Source: Candidatus Caldarchaeales archaeon
GTDB lineage: Archaea > Thermoproteota > Nitrososphaeria_A > Caldarchaeales > Calditenuaceae
Direction of reading: 5' to 3'
Length of the DNA stretch: 64,000 nt
NCBI GenBank assembly: GCA_032249095.1
Contig: JAVVGN010000001.1
Location: 14,873-78,872, forward strand
The notes beneath the pieces were generated by a model. The model saw nothing but the letters and a program-made list of their open reading frames with translations. It made no database searches and was not told the DNA's origin. The translations under genes were made by a program, and so were the position numbers. Shown here piece by piece: positions 1 through 10,742 of the stretch (positions within the stretch are counted from its first letter, which is position 1; every line of letters begins with the position of its first letter).

Positions 1-245
1 TCGACATATTGAGGGAGCAGCCTAGCGCCGAGCAGCTTAGAAGGCTGGTCGAGAGGTACGGGCCCGAGGGCGTGGTGAGGGGACGGAAAAGGGAGGCGTC
101 CAAGGCCTACAGGGCTCGGGGCCTCGAGGGACTCCTCAAGCTCATCCGCTCCGATCCGCGGATATTGGTGAGGCCGATCGTCGTGAGGGACGGCGAGGTC
201 TTTGCCGGCGAGGAGGCTAGGGCTCTCGCTGCCAAGAGGGGGTAA
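1..245 (+). CDS. ArsC/Spx-family (glutaredoxin-like) protein, C-terminal part; gene probably starts upstream of the window
   Basis: C-terminal ...RPIVVRDGEVFAGEEARAL... resembles the C-terminus of the ArsC/YffB family; the ORF runs from the window edge. Confidence 0.35.
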   Translation, partial: DILREQPSAEQLRRLVERYGPEGVVRGRKREASKAYRARGLEGLLKLIRSDPRILVRPIVVRDGEVFAGEEARALAAKRG

Positions 246-295
246 ATGGGTGATGTGGGCTGGGAGAATGTGACGTAGGCGTCTTCGGCCTCGGC

Positions 296-1669
296 GTGAT
301 GGGGGAGGGCCTAGCACTGAACCTGGAGAGCAGGGGGATGAGGGTCGCGGTTTACAACAGGACGGCCGAGAAGGTCGTGAAGTTTCTAAGGGAGAGGGCG
401 GCGGGCAGGGCGATAGAAGGCTACACGGACCTGCGGAGTTTCGTCTCCTCCCTCAAGAGGCCGAGGCTTATTCTGCTCCTCGTCAAGGCCGGGCCCCCTG
501 TCGACGAGGCGCTGGAAGCTCTAGCCTCGGCTGGCCTGGAGAGGGGAGACATCGTGGCTGACTGCGGCAACTCCCACTACAGGGATTCAGACAGGAGGAT
601 GGTCGAGGCCGCATCTAGGGGATACCGATTCCTAGGCGTCGGCGTGAGCGGTGGCGTCGAGGGGGCACTGAGGGGGCCCTCGATGATGTTTGGTGGAGAC
701 TTCTCGGCCTACGTCGAGGCGGAGAGACTTCTGGGCAGGGCCGCCGCCGTCTACGAGTCCTCTCGCTGCACCGGCTACTTCGGGGATGGCGGTGGTGGCC
801 ACTTCGTCAAGATAGTCCACAACGGGATCGAGTACGCCATCCTCCAGGCCATCGCGGAGTCCTACGACTATCTTAGGAGAGGACTGGGCATGGGAGCCCA
901 GGAGGCGGCTGGTGTCTTCGAGGAGTGGAGCCGCGGAGAGCTCAGGTCCTTCCTAGTCGAGGCGGCCGCTAAAGTCTTAAGACATATGGACCCCGAGTCC
1001 GGGAGACCTCTGGTCGAGATGATCGTGGACGAGGCCGAGCAGAAGGGGACCGGGGTCTGGGCCGTAGAGGCCTCCGCGGAGTTCGGCGCCCCTGCACCAA
1101 CAATCTGCGAGGCCGTCCAGCACAGGCTTATCTCGACGAGGAGAGACTTGAGGAGCAGGCTATCGGCCTCCGGAAGGGCGGGTGGAGGGGTCGTCGGCGC
1201 ATCGCTCTCGCCCGAGGATGTCGGGCCGGCGCTTCTCGCAACGGTAATCCTCTCCTATGCGCAGGGGGCCGGCCTCCTCGATAGTGGGGCGAGGCGCTAC
1301 GGCTTCAGGGTCTCAGAGGCCTTCAGGGTCTGGAGGGCGGGCTGCATAATACGTTCTCGGATAGTTGAGGAGACCTTTGAGTCGCTCTTCCACGGTGGAG
1401 GCGAGGCGGCCGTCCAGATCCTCGCCGATAGGCAGGGCCAGCTCGAGGCCCTCCTCCCACGCCTAGCCGCCTTCGTAAGCGACGCGGCCAGGATCGGACT
1501 CCCCGCACCCGCAGCCTCGAGCGCCCTCTCCTACTACGTCGCCCTCAGATCCGAGAGGCTCCCCGCCAACCTCATCCAGGCCATCCGCGACTACTTCGGG
1601 GCCCACGGCTTCAAGCTGGAGGGCAGGGAGGGCGTCTTCCACTCAGACTGGGGCGCGCGGGCTGGGTGA
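296..1669 (+). CDS. gnd: 6-phosphogluconate dehydrogenase (decarboxylating)
   Basis: N-terminal Rossmann segment MGxxLALNLxxxG; LLLVKAGPPVD...GNSHYRDSDRR...GVGVSGG...GPSMMFGG matches the conserved Gnd N-terminal block; 457 aa. Confidence 0.85.
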   Translation: MMGEGLALNLESRGMRVAVYNRTAEKVVKFLRERAAGRAIEGYTDLRSFVSSLKRPRLILLLVKAGPPVDEALEALASAGLERGDIVADCGNSHYRDSDRRMVEAASRGYRFLGVGVSGGVEGALRGPSMMFGGDFSAYVEAERLLGRAAAVYESSRCTGYFGDGGGGHFVKIVHNGIEYAILQAIAESYDYLRRGLGMGAQEAAGVFEEWSRGELRSFLVEAAAKVLRHMDPESGRPLVEMIVDEAEQKGTGVWAVEASAEFGAPAPTICEAVQHRLISTRRDLRSRLSASGRAGGGVVGASLSPEDVGPALLATVILSYAQGAGLLDSGARRYGFRVSEAFRVWRAGCIIRSRIVEETFESLFHGGGEAAVQILADRQGQLEALLPRLAAFVSDAARIGLPAPAASSALSYYVALRSERLPANLIQAIRDYFGAHGFKLEGREGVFHSDWGARAG

Positions 1670-2649
1670 CCCTGATGGAGATCTGGCTCCGTTGGGGAGG
1701 GACAAGCGTCTCCTTCGAGGCGCCGGAGGAGCTGTTGATCAGAGAGCTGAAGCACGAGACCATACCTCAAAGCCACTACCAGGCGCTTCTAGGCGAGGCA
1801 CTCTCAGGGCTCGGAGACCCCACTGTGGTGATCGACTACCACCCACCGGCCTCAGGACTCGGGCCGATTCTCGAGCTTCTCAGGGAGAAGACCGGCCGCG
1901 TATACGTCTCGCTGTGGCGCGTCCCACCCGCCATGAGGGGCGCGGAGCTGGAAGCCCTCATGGGGCTGGGGGTAGAAGCCGTCCCCCTAAGCGAGCTGGC
2001 CCAGGATACCCGCGAAGTCCTCCTGATCTGCCACCACACCACAAGGCCCCTGCTGTGGGGGTTCTCGGACCAGCCTGCAGATCTCTTCGTCCAGCTTGCG
2101 AGGATGGAGGGGCTTGACGCCCCCAAAGCCGCGAGGGTCAGCATCCTCGAAACCGGGTACGACTCCGAAGGCACCCCCACGGAGACCTCTCCGGCCAGGC
2201 CGTCCTACGCGCCCGACTCCGTCGTTGTCTCCGCAGGCGGCTCTCCCTACGACTCGACTCTATACACGGCGCTCCAGGCCCTGATCCTAGCGTCTAAGGC
2301 CTGTAGGGAGGGGGGGACGGTCCTGCTAGCGGCCGAGTGTGCGGAGGGTCTGGGGTCACCCCGCCTGGCCCTGGCCCTCTACGAGTCGATGGGCGGGTCG
2401 GCAGACGGCTCCGAGCCCTGGCCGGAGCTGGTCCTAGCCCGGAGGTTTAGGGAGGTGGTTGGCAGCCGCAGAGTATACCTAGCGACCAGCCTGCCGAGAA
2501 GCATCACCCAGAGCCTCCTAGGCGTGAAAAGCCTCGACACTCTCCAGGAGGGGTTCTCCCAGCTTCTGAGGATCCACAGCAGGGAGCACAGGTCCGCCCT
2601 AATCGCCGAGGGGCTCCACACCTACGCCCTCCTCCCCGAGACCCAGTAG
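1666..2649 (+). CDS. hypothetical protein, possibly LarA-like (DUF2088) family
   Basis: SAGGSPYDSTLYTALQALILA...GGTVLLAAECAEGLGS resembles the LarA/DUF2088 C-terminal GG..D.N.YQ...GG..LLAEC.EG.G block; shorter than canonical LarA. Confidence 0.3.
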   Translation: MTLMEIWLRWGGTSVSFEAPEELLIRELKHETIPQSHYQALLGEALSGLGDPTVVIDYHPPASGLGPILELLREKTGRVYVSLWRVPPAMRGAELEALMGLGVEAVPLSELAQDTREVLLICHHTTRPLLWGFSDQPADLFVQLARMEGLDAPKAARVSILETGYDSEGTPTETSPARPSYAPDSVVVSAGGSPYDSTLYTALQALILASKACREGGTVLLAAECAEGLGSPRLALALYESMGGSADGSEPWPELVLARRFREVVGSRRVYLATSLPRSITQSLLGVKSLDTLQEGFSQLLRIHSREHRSALIAEGLHTYALLPETQ

Positions 2650-2657
2650 CCGATTGA

Positions 2658-3818
2658 CTATATTCGCAACAGGTTTAGTAGGGGGCTGGGTAGGACGACG
2701 AAGGTCACGACCGCCAGCGCCACGACACCTATCATGGCGACCCTCCTCATCTTTGAGAGGGGCGAGACCATGTCTAGGGGAGGGAAGTCGATCGGGTTCA
2801 TCATGAAGAGGAGCAGCATGAGGGAGAAGTAGTAGTAGCCCGTTACGAAGAGCAGGAGCACCGTGGCGTAGGATAGGATCCTATAGGTCCTGAAGCTTGT
2901 CAGGCTTCTGAAGATCCGTCCACCGTCCAGCTGCCAGGCGGGCAGGAGGTTCAGGCTGGTCACTACCATCCCCAGCCAAGCCGCGAACCCCACAGCCGGA
3001 AAGACCGGGACCACGTCGCCCCCAGGGCTGAATAAAAGGCCCATCAGTTGGAAGACGAGTGGTGAGGGAAGCATCGTGACAGCTCCCTCCTCGGCCATCC
3101 TCATTATGACGCTCCGCTCGACCCACTGGGCCTGGCTGAAGGCGATCCAGATCACTACGAGGCCTGCGAGGAATCCGGCAACCGGGCCGCTCACGCCTAG
3201 GTCGAAGAGGTCGTCCCTATTCCTCACTGGCCCCCTCTGGAAGATTACGGCCCCGAAGGTGGGGATTAAGCCAGGTATCCCGGGAATGAAGTAGGGGAGG
3301 CTGGAGGCGATAGAGTCGTGGCGGGCGGAGATCTTGTGACCGAGCTCGTGTATCCCTATGATCGTCATGATGCCCACTGTGTAGAGCAGGGCTTCCACGA
3401 GCCCCCCACCGGCAAGCGCCCTACCGCCAAGGAGGCCCGACCTTATTGCTCCATCCAAAAAGATCGTTGTGAGCGTGGCCAGGAATAGGACTAGGGGCCA
3501 GGGGCTCCGCCGTGTCTGGGGCTGGCTGTAGGGAAAGACCCTCAGTTCCACCTGCCCGCCCACCTCTACGGCTGCGGGGACGAAGCCTATACGTGTAAGC
3601 TCATAGTAGACCTCCCTGAAACGCTCCTTAATGTCCCTTGTGAGCAACCTGAAGGTCAGGACCCCCTCGACGTAGGCAACCTCCTTCACGGGAAGCCTGG
3701 ACCTGACGATTCCCCCAATTGTCTCCAGCCTTTCGCCGTAACTCTCTGGCCCAAGCATCGAAAACCACTTAGGCAATCTGTACGCACACGGCGCCGGTAA
3801 AAAACCCTTGTCCACCAA
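2658..3818 (-). CDS. site-2 protease, M50 family intramembrane metalloprotease
   Basis: HELGH (HExxH) inside a predicted TM helix; multi-TM hydrophobic profile. Confidence 0.75.
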   Translation of the reverse strand: MVDKGFLPAPCAYRLPKWFSMLGPESYGERLETIGGIVRSRLPVKEVAYVEGVLTFRLLTRDIKERFREVYYELTRIGFVPAAVEVGGQVELRVFPYSQPQTRRSPWPLVLFLATLTTIFLDGAIRSGLLGGRALAGGGLVEALLYTVGIMTIIGIHELGHKISARHDSIASSLPYFIPGIPGLIPTFGAVIFQRGPVRNRDDLFDLGVSGPVAGFLAGLVVIWIAFSQAQWVERSVIMRMAEEGAVTMLPSPLVFQLMGLLFSPGGDVVPVFPAVGFAAWLGMVVTSLNLLPAWQLDGGRIFRSLTSFRTYRILSYATVLLLFVTGYYYFSLMLLLFMMNPIDFPPLDMVSPLSKMRRVAMIGVVALAVVTFVVLPSPLLNLLRI

Positions 3819-3829
3819 ACGCGGGGGCT

Positions 3830-4180
3830 GTGAATAAAACCCTTATACGTGGCCGTACCCCACCTACTCTACAAGGTATATGCGAGATGGCTGGCTTCGG
3901 CTTTGAGGACCTTGTAGTGAACCTCGTCCTGCTCCTTGCCGGCCTGCTAGTAGGTATAGGGTTTGCAAAAATCCTGAAGGGTCTCCTACTAATTGTCCTC
4001 GCCCTCGCGATTCTCTTCCTACTGGGCTTCACGGTGGCTGGGATCGTGGCACCCCAGACAATCGCCTCGCTCTTCGGGCCTGCAAAGCAGCTCGCCCTCC
4101 AGTTCCTCACACTCCTCGCCAAGTATCCCGCACTCTCCATGGGACTCTTGATAGGTCTCGTTATAGGGGCTCTCAGGTAG
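3830..4180 (+). CDS. small membrane protein, hypothetical
   Basis: 116 aa; three hydrophobic helices; no recognisable motif. Confidence 0.35.
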   Translation: MNKTLIRGRTPPTLQGICEMAGFGFEDLVVNLVLLLAGLLVGIGFAKILKGLLLIVLALAILFLLGFTVAGIVAPQTIASLFGPAKQLALQFLTLLAKYPALSMGLLIGLVIGALR

Positions 4181-4916
4181 GCTGCCCGGTCCTCCTGAGC
4201 GGCTGCCTTAGGCACCAGAGAGCGAACCTGAGGATCTCGCGGATGGAGAGCTTGCTTCTGCCGGACGCCCTCTCGTAGAAGTCTATTGGGACCTCGACAA
4301 TCCTCGCGCCGAGCCTCTTGAAGTGGAGGAGTGTGTCGACCTGGAAGACGTAGCCGGATTCGAAGGTGGTGCGGCCCGAGAGCGCTGCTTCCAGGATTCT
4401 CCGGGAGATGGCCCTGTAGCCGCTTGTCGCGTCCCTGACGCGGAGGCCTGTTGCGAGTCTCGCGAGCAGGTTCGCACCCCTACTTATCAGGCGCCTCGAC
4501 AGGGCCCCACCCCTCCAACCACCACCCACAACGTATCTCGAGCCCACCGCGACGTCGGAGCGGCCCTCAACCACCGGTTCCACTAGGCGCGGAAGCTGGC
4601 GTGGGTCGTGGCTTCCGTCCGCATCCATCTCGACGAAGACCTCGGCCTCCGGCATGTTCCTGAGCCCCCACCTAAAACCGTCAATATAGGCGGAGCCAAG
4701 CCCCATCTTGCCGGGTCTCGCTAGTAGGAAGACGACGCCCAGCCTCGCCGCTAGGTCTCCGACAATCTCGCGCGTCCCGTCGGTGCTTGCGTCGTCCACC
4801 ACGAGGACCGCGAGGTCGAGCCCCGCGCCGCGGGCAGTCTCCACAAGATTTTCCAGCACGCCTCCGACTGACCCCGCCTCGTTATGCGTGGGGAGGACTA
4901 CCAAGACTCTACCCAT
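4173..4916 (-). CDS. GT2 glycosyltransferase, dolichyl-phosphate mannose synthase-like
   Basis: VLPTHNEAGSV...LVVDDASTDGT...VEMDADGSHDP = GT-A fold DxD/ED motifs of the DPM1 family. Confidence 0.8.
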   Translation of the reverse strand: MGRVLVVLPTHNEAGSVGGVLENLVETARGAGLDLAVLVVDDASTDGTREIVGDLAARLGVVFLLARPGKMGLGSAYIDGFRWGLRNMPEAEVFVEMDADGSHDPRQLPRLVEPVVEGRSDVAVGSRYVVGGGWRGGALSRRLISRGANLLARLATGLRVRDATSGYRAISRRILEAALSGRTTFESGYVFQVDTLLHFKRLGARIVEVPIDFYERASGRSKLSIREILRFALWCLRQPLRRTGQPT

Positions 4917-5024
4917 TCCCCAGAGATGGATTGCTCTTGCGACATTAACCCTTTCCCGTTTGGCACAAACATGTATATAGCCTGCGCAGGACAGTCAAAC
5001 TGGACGAGGGTAGTGTAGCCGGGG

Positions 5025-6293
5025 ATGCCGCGCCTCTTCGAGGTTGAGTTCAAGCCGCCCTTCCTCCTCGTCAAGTCAAGCAGGATAACCTCAACCTTCG
5101 ACAGGCTAGGAAAGACGAGGCTGGCCGGCGCGCTCGGATGGGCCTCCCTTGGCCTTCTGCCCTTCATCGCGGGTGCAGGCCTGACGCTCCTGCTCCTCTC
5201 GCTTGTCGCGATAGTGAGTAGGCCGGAGGTCCAAGAGGCCCAGCGACAGGCGGGGCCTCAGAGCCTTCTCCTCATTCCAGGCCTCAACCCCTACCTCCCA
5301 ATCCTCTACGGCTGGCTCGCCCTAGTCATAGCGCTTGTGGTCCATGAGGGCATGCATGGGGTCTTGGCGAGGAGGCTCGGATACACCGTAAAGTCGAGCG
5401 GCATCATACTCTTCCTAGTTCTACCGATAGGAGCCTTCGTCGAGACCGACGACAAGGAGATTAAGACAGGCCGCGTCAGGGACGTGTCTAGGATTCTGGC
5501 GGGAGGGCCGGCCTCGAACATCGCCATGGCGCTTATCTGCCTTGCCGTCCTAGCCACGATAAGCCTAGGCCTGCAGCCGGCCCCGATCATGGTCTTGGAG
5601 GATGTCTTCGAGGGCTCACCGGCGATGGAGGCTGGTCTGAAGCCGGGCGACCGTCTGCTATCGGTCAACGGTAAGCCCGCCGTAAGCCTCTCGGTCCTCT
5701 CCTCGAGCATATCTGAGGCCGGCTATGGTGGCTCCGTGGAGCTTGAGGTTGCTAGGGAGGGCGTGGGCGTCCTGAGGTTTAGGGTGGGCGTCGCCGAGCT
5801 TGGGCTCGGGAGGCCTATGATCGGCGTGAGTATTGGTAATGCCGAGGTCCAGGAGTGGGCGAACCAATACCTAGGCTCCTACAAGTCCAGCGTCACGAGA
5901 AACCCCCTGATCTTCCTCCTGCCACCCTCCCTCTATCCCGCACACCCCTTCTCCCAGCTCAGCATCTGCCAAGACGAGACCGCCGCCGAGCCGCGGTGCT
6001 GGCCCGTAGCGAGCATCTTCCAACACCCACTCCTAGGCTCAGCATACCCACCCATAGCCAACCTACTCTTCTGGGTCTGGTTCGTCAACTTCAACGTAGG
6101 CATCTTCAACGCCCTCCCAATCTACCCCCTCGACGGCGGCCAGATATTGAGGAGGGTGCTCTCGGCGTCCCTCGGTGCCAGGATCGGCGAGGCGGGGGTA
6201 AGGCTCGCCGTCACCATAATAAGCCTCGCACTGGTTGGCATAGTCCTCTCGCTATTCACAGTGCCCTACCTGGCCCCACTGATAGCAAGTTAG
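5025..6293 (+). CDS. M50 site-2 protease with PDZ domain
   Basis: HEGMH (HExxH) in a TM helix; internal PDZ-like LKPGDRLLSVNGKP; C-terminal TM helices. Confidence 0.75.
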   Translation: MPRLFEVEFKPPFLLVKSSRITSTFDRLGKTRLAGALGWASLGLLPFIAGAGLTLLLLSLVAIVSRPEVQEAQRQAGPQSLLLIPGLNPYLPILYGWLALVIALVVHEGMHGVLARRLGYTVKSSGIILFLVLPIGAFVETDDKEIKTGRVRDVSRILAGGPASNIAMALICLAVLATISLGLQPAPIMVLEDVFEGSPAMEAGLKPGDRLLSVNGKPAVSLSVLSSSISEAGYGGSVELEVAREGVGVLRFRVGVAELGLGRPMIGVSIGNAEVQEWANQYLGSYKSSVTRNPLIFLLPPSLYPAHPFSQLSICQDETAAEPRCWPVASIFQHPLLGSAYPPIANLLFWVWFVNFNVGIFNALPIYPLDGGQILRRVLSASLGARIGEAGVRLAVTIISLALVGIVLSLFTVPYLAPLIAS

Positions 6294-6339
6294 CGGGCCG
6301 GTGAGGATGATTAGCAGCGGCATCCAGAGCCTCTAGGGG

Positions 6340-7104
6340 ATGAGTATGATAGTCGTGGTCTCCAAGCCGCCTACTAGGAGGGCGGGGCTTGAGGCCCTGA
6401 CCATCATCGGCGGCGCGGAGTACGGCGCGATACTTCTGGACCTGCCGCGCACCCTCCAGCGGAGTGTTGAGAGACTTGTCAGCGAGGGAGAGCCTGGCTG
6501 GCTCGAGGATCAGCTCCACGCCGACCTGGCTCTCTCCGCCGCCGCTAAGGGCCACGAGACTCTACTCAAGCTGCTCCCCCGCTTCGCGGCAGGTAGGCCG
6601 GTCTACTGCTACGCCCCGGACCCCTCGGAGCGGGAAAGAAGGTTCCAAGAGGAGATGGCGAGGCTGATACTACGCGACAGCATCACGGGGAGGATCTCTC
6701 TGGAGGAGTGGAGAGAACTTATAGTGGAGGCGAGGAGGGCCTCAGACCTCGGCCTCGCCGAGCAAGCTCTCTATATTATCGGCATAACGAGGAGGTTTGA
6801 GGCGATTGTCTGCGTCTCAGACATCGTGAAGGCCCAGCCCCTCAAGCGGGAGCTACAGAAAGTGGCGGAGACGCGCATCATATACGCAGGCCTCCCCCAC
6901 CAACACACACCCCTCCAATCACTAATTCTCTCGCGCCGAGAGCCAAGCGAGCACGAGATAGTGGAGGCCGTCAAGCAGCACATCAAGCTCATAAGGGACT
7001 ACGTGATACCGCTAGGCCTCGAGCAGGGTATCGAGGAGTGGGCCGCAACGAGGCTGAGATGGCTGAGTCGCGGATCTGTCTACCATGGTCGAAGCCGCGA
7101 TTGA
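6340..7104 (+). CDS. hypothetical protein
   Basis: 254-aa ORF; coding-like composition; no motif recognised. Confidence 0.4.
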   Translation: MSMIVVVSKPPTRRAGLEALTIIGGAEYGAILLDLPRTLQRSVERLVSEGEPGWLEDQLHADLALSAAAKGHETLLKLLPRFAAGRPVYCYAPDPSERERRFQEEMARLILRDSITGRISLEEWRELIVEARRASDLGLAEQALYIIGITRRFEAIVCVSDIVKAQPLKRELQKVAETRIIYAGLPHQHTPLQSLILSRREPSEHEIVEAVKQHIKLIRDYVIPLGLEQGIEEWAATRLRWLSRGSVYHGRSRD

Positions 7105-7108
7105 CCTG

Positions 7109-8926
7109 CTAGAGTACGGTGACGGATTTGGCGAGGTTCCTAGGCCTGTCTGGGTCAAGTCCCCTAGCTAGTGCCGTGTAGTATGCGAGAAGCTGGAGTG
7201 GGATGACGTAAGTTATGGGTGTCAGGAGCGGGTGCGTCCTGGGCAGCCCGATATAGAAGTCCGCGAGCTGTCTTAGCTCCTCGTCAGACCTATCCCCCAG
7301 AACCACGACGTAGGCCCCCCTAGACTTCATCTCCGATATACTGCTTAGGTTGAGCTTTCTCTGCTCGTCGGGCGGAACTATAAATATCGTCGGAACACCC
7401 CTCTCGATCACGCTTATTGGCCCATGCTTGCTCTCGCCAGCAGGATATGTCATGCATGGGATGTAGGAGAGCTCCATGAGCTTCAGCCGGCCCTCGAGAG
7501 CGGTACTCGTCGAGATCCCCCGCCCAAGGAAGAGGACGACCCTGCTGCCCGCAAGACGCTCGGCCAGTTGCTTGGCCTGGTGGCCCGCCTCAAGCAAAAC
7601 TTCCTCGACAATCCGGGGAGTGGAGGCCATCACGCTTTTAAACTCATCCATCTCGTACTGAGCCATCTTACCTCTCAGCCTCGCGAGCCTGAGGGCTATC
7701 TGAGCCAAGACCGTGATCTGGGAGGTGAAGGTCTTGGTCGCTCCGACCCCTATCTCGGGGCCCGCGTTCTGCAGGACGTATGCGCGCGAAATCCTAGTCA
7801 GGGTCGAGCCGACCGTGTTCGTGACGCCGAGGATCGTACAGGCGCGCATCCTCGCGAACTCCAGAGCTTTCAGCACATCCGTCGTCTCGCCTGACTGGCT
7901 GACCGCGAGAATAACGCTATCAACCCCGATCGTGCTGCCATAGTTGGGTACGAACTCGGAGGCGACTACCGGAAAAGTGGGGAGACGGGCCAGGGCCGAG
8001 AATAGGTAGGAGCCTGCGACGCAAGCGTTGTATGAGGTGCCCGCCCCGACCAAGAAGACGAAGCGGCCACGGTCTAGTAGCTCGGCGACGAGATCAACGT
8101 ACTCGATTTGTAGGCGGAGCGCGTTTCTAATGGTCTCAGGCTGCTCAAAGATCTCCTTAAGCATAAAGTGTGGATGGCCCTGCTTCTCAGCCATCTCGAC
8201 CGTCATATCAACCATCTTCACAGCCCTCTCGGCGGTGGTTCCGTCCTCGATCCTCACGATCTTGTATCCGTTGGCGGTCAGAGCCACCATATCCCCGTCG
8301 CTGAGGAATATCATCTGTCTCGTCATCTCGAGAAGGGCAGTTATGTCGGACGCAACCATGTTGAACCCTCCGCCCACACCGACTATCAGGGGAGACTCCA
8401 TCCGCGCCGCGAGGAGGAGGTTGGGATGCCGCGCAGATATGAGCGCCACTGCATAGGAGCCTTCTAAACGCAGGAGGGTCCTCCTGAAAGCCTCCTCGAG
8501 CCTCTCGCCCCTCTTCAAAAACTCCTCGACCAGATGCGCGATGACCTCGCTGTCTGTACGTGAGGTAAAGACATGGTTGAGCTCCTGCAGCTCCTTCTTC
8601 AGAGCAAGAAAATTCTCTATTATACCATTGTGAACTATTGCTATTGACCCCATACAGTCGGTGTGCGGATGAGCATTCAGCATTGTGGGTGCGCCGTGAG
8701 TTGCCCACCTAGTGTGCGCGACGCCCACTGTCCCCGGCAGTGAGTCGAGGCCTAGCCTCCCATTCACGTCGTCAACCTTTCCCACATCCTTCCTAACTTG
8801 GAGGCGGCCTTCGTGCACCGTCGCGATCCCAGCCGAGTCGTAACCCCTATACTCCAGCCTCTTAAGGGCCCTCACTAGCAGAGGAGCGCAGGCCTCACCG
8901 CCGACATACCCCACAATCCCGCACAT
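7109..8926 (-). CDS. glmS: glutamine--fructose-6-phosphate aminotransferase (isomerising)
   Basis: N-terminal MCGIVGY (Ntn Cys2); two SIS domains; C-terminal ...NLAKSVTV characteristic of GlmS; 605 aa. Confidence 0.9.
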   Translation of the reverse strand: MCGIVGYVGGEACAPLLVRALKRLEYRGYDSAGIATVHEGRLQVRKDVGKVDDVNGRLGLDSLPGTVGVAHTRWATHGAPTMLNAHPHTDCMGSIAIVHNGIIENFLALKKELQELNHVFTSRTDSEVIAHLVEEFLKRGERLEEAFRRTLLRLEGSYAVALISARHPNLLLAARMESPLIVGVGGGFNMVASDITALLEMTRQMIFLSDGDMVALTANGYKIVRIEDGTTAERAVKMVDMTVEMAEKQGHPHFMLKEIFEQPETIRNALRLQIEYVDLVAELLDRGRFVFLVGAGTSYNACVAGSYLFSALARLPTFPVVASEFVPNYGSTIGVDSVILAVSQSGETTDVLKALEFARMRACTILGVTNTVGSTLTRISRAYVLQNAGPEIGVGATKTFTSQITVLAQIALRLARLRGKMAQYEMDEFKSVMASTPRIVEEVLLEAGHQAKQLAERLAGSRVVLFLGRGISTSTALEGRLKLMELSYIPCMTYPAGESKHGPISVIERGVPTIFIVPPDEQRKLNLSSISEMKSRGAYVVVLGDRSDEELRQLADFYIGLPRTHPLLTPITYVIPLQLLAYYTALARGLDPDRPRNLAKSVTVL

Positions 8927-9090
8927 GTTGTCAAGCGTATGGGCACGTTAGGAGATAACCTTGACTATTATTAACCCCTAGAATAGAGGCCGCCTCGGGA
9001 CAGCCCATTTATTCCAATCTCTGGACCGCACCTCCTCTATCCCTGAGAATTTTTGGAGACGGAAAGGCTTTTATCAGCGGTCGGGTTCTG

Positions 9091-9891
9091 ATGCCCAGTG
9101 CTGGCGGATTGGTCGAGGAGCTTATTTGGGTCCATGGCCCCCGCGGCCGACTTGCCACGACGCTCCACATCCCCCCGAGCACACCCGCGCCCGCCCTCGT
9201 GATGTGCCACGGCTTTACAGGGAACAGGGTTGAGGCCCACAGACTCTTCGTAAGGGCCGCCAGAGAGTTCTGCAGGCGTGGAATACTCGCGGCCAGGTTC
9301 GACTTCTACGGCTCGGGCGAGAGCGAGGGAGAGTTCCACGAGATGACTCTGAGCAGTGAGATCGAGGACCTCGGAGCAATACTAGATTACTTGCTGTGCA
9401 GGCCTGAGGTGGATCCGCGGAAGGTCGGAGCCCTGGGCCTGAGCATGGGCGGGGTTGTCGCGCTGGCGAGGGCCGCGGCAGACGGTAGGATTAGGTTCGT
9501 CGTCACGTGGAGCGCCCCCGCCTCCTTCCAAATGCTGGTTGAGACGGCCGAGAACCTGTTTAGAGAGGCAGTAGTCAGGGGCGAATACGTCGACCTCCCC
9601 AGCGGCTACAGAATCAGCAGAGAATTCATACAAGACATCGCTAGACACAGCGTCCTAGAATACGCTCCACGCATCTCCCCAAGGCCGCTACTCATACTCC
9701 ACGGAGACAGAGACACGGTGGTCCCGCCAAGCCATGCCGAAGAACTCTACAAATCAGCGAAGGACCCCCGCGAGATGGCGATCATAAAGGGGGGAGACCA
9801 CACATTCACCGGCTGGGACGTAGAGTGGGACGCGATAACAGTCACGGCGGACTGGTTGAGGAGAGTCACAGATGCCCTAAGAGAGGGCTAG
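9091..9891 (+). CDS. alpha/beta hydrolase (dienelactone hydrolase/BAAT-like)
   Basis: GLSMGG nucleophile elbow (GxSxG), HGDRDTVVP, C-terminal GGDH. Confidence 0.7.
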   Translation: MPSAGGLVEELIWVHGPRGRLATTLHIPPSTPAPALVMCHGFTGNRVEAHRLFVRAAREFCRRGILAARFDFYGSGESEGEFHEMTLSSEIEDLGAILDYLLCRPEVDPRKVGALGLSMGGVVALARAAADGRIRFVVTWSAPASFQMLVETAENLFREAVVRGEYVDLPSGYRISREFIQDIARHSVLEYAPRISPRPLLILHGDRDTVVPPSHAEELYKSAKDPREMAIIKGGDHTFTGWDVEWDAITVTADWLRRVTDALREG

Positions 9892-10156
9892 AACGCATGA
9901 GGTCTGCCACACCTAGTGGGTAGCCAGTTAAGGAGAGGGCTTATGATACTGGTCTCTTGTTGGCTAGCTTGGATTATTTCTTGGACTTGATGGCCTTTGA
10001 CTCTAGGTTTGACTAGGTTTGAGAGGTCTTCTAGGCCTTTGTCTTAAAGGAGGTTTGTAAGGCTAGCCTGAGTATGCTGAGAGCCTATCCCAGACACACC
10101 TAGGTGTCAGGATCCCTGAGTCAACACTGCATTACTGGGAGGTTAGGCATGGGGAG

Positions 10157-10405
10157 GTGTTAAAGATTCTTCTCAGGCTGCTGAGCCTCATGGACTACGA
10201 CTACTCAGTGATAGACTCAACGAGGTTTACGGATTGGCTTAAGAGTCTGCATGAACTATTCATCGATGTTAGGGTGAGAAGCGGCGAGACGTTACTCCCA
10301 GTCCACGTCCAGCCTACGGGCTCCGAGGTGGAGTTCGTTGAAGGGATACCTGAGGTGGAGGGGCAATTCTTGGAGATGGAGCATTCAATGCGAAACCCAT
10401 CCTAA
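10157..10405 (+). CDS. small hypothetical protein in AT-rich patch
   Basis: ORF only; AT-rich context. Confidence 0.2.
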   Translation: MLKILLRLLSLMDYDYSVIDSTRFTDWLKSLHELFIDVRVRSGETLLPVHVQPTGSEVEFVEGIPEVEGQFLEMEHSMRNPS

Positions 10406-10742
10406 ACACCATAAGCATCTAAGGGATACATACCCATAGTGAAGAAGGGCTCGAGAAGCCCTAGGGTATGGAGCGAGGATTAAGGTTAGAGCATACGATG
10501 AAGCTTCATATCCCTATAGGAGTGTCGGTGAAGGATATTGGAAGCACTAATAGTAGGGTGCGGAGACAGACTGAAAAACGAGGAGGGAGGAGTCAAGGAG
10601 GACAAGAACACACCTAAGGATTATAATATGCTGCCTAAAAATCCTTGTGAGGTGGGCTTGCGAGTAGCTGGACACGCCCATTTGGCATTCTCAATAGTAA
10701 TCATATTTATATAATAAAATGATGATATATTAATAGGAACTT

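Noticed and set aside
1692-2284. Several ORFs (1692-2117 +, 1836-2180 -, 2096-2284 +) overlapping the 1666-2649 gene
   Set aside because: Off-frame/antisense ORFs in GC-rich coding sequence.
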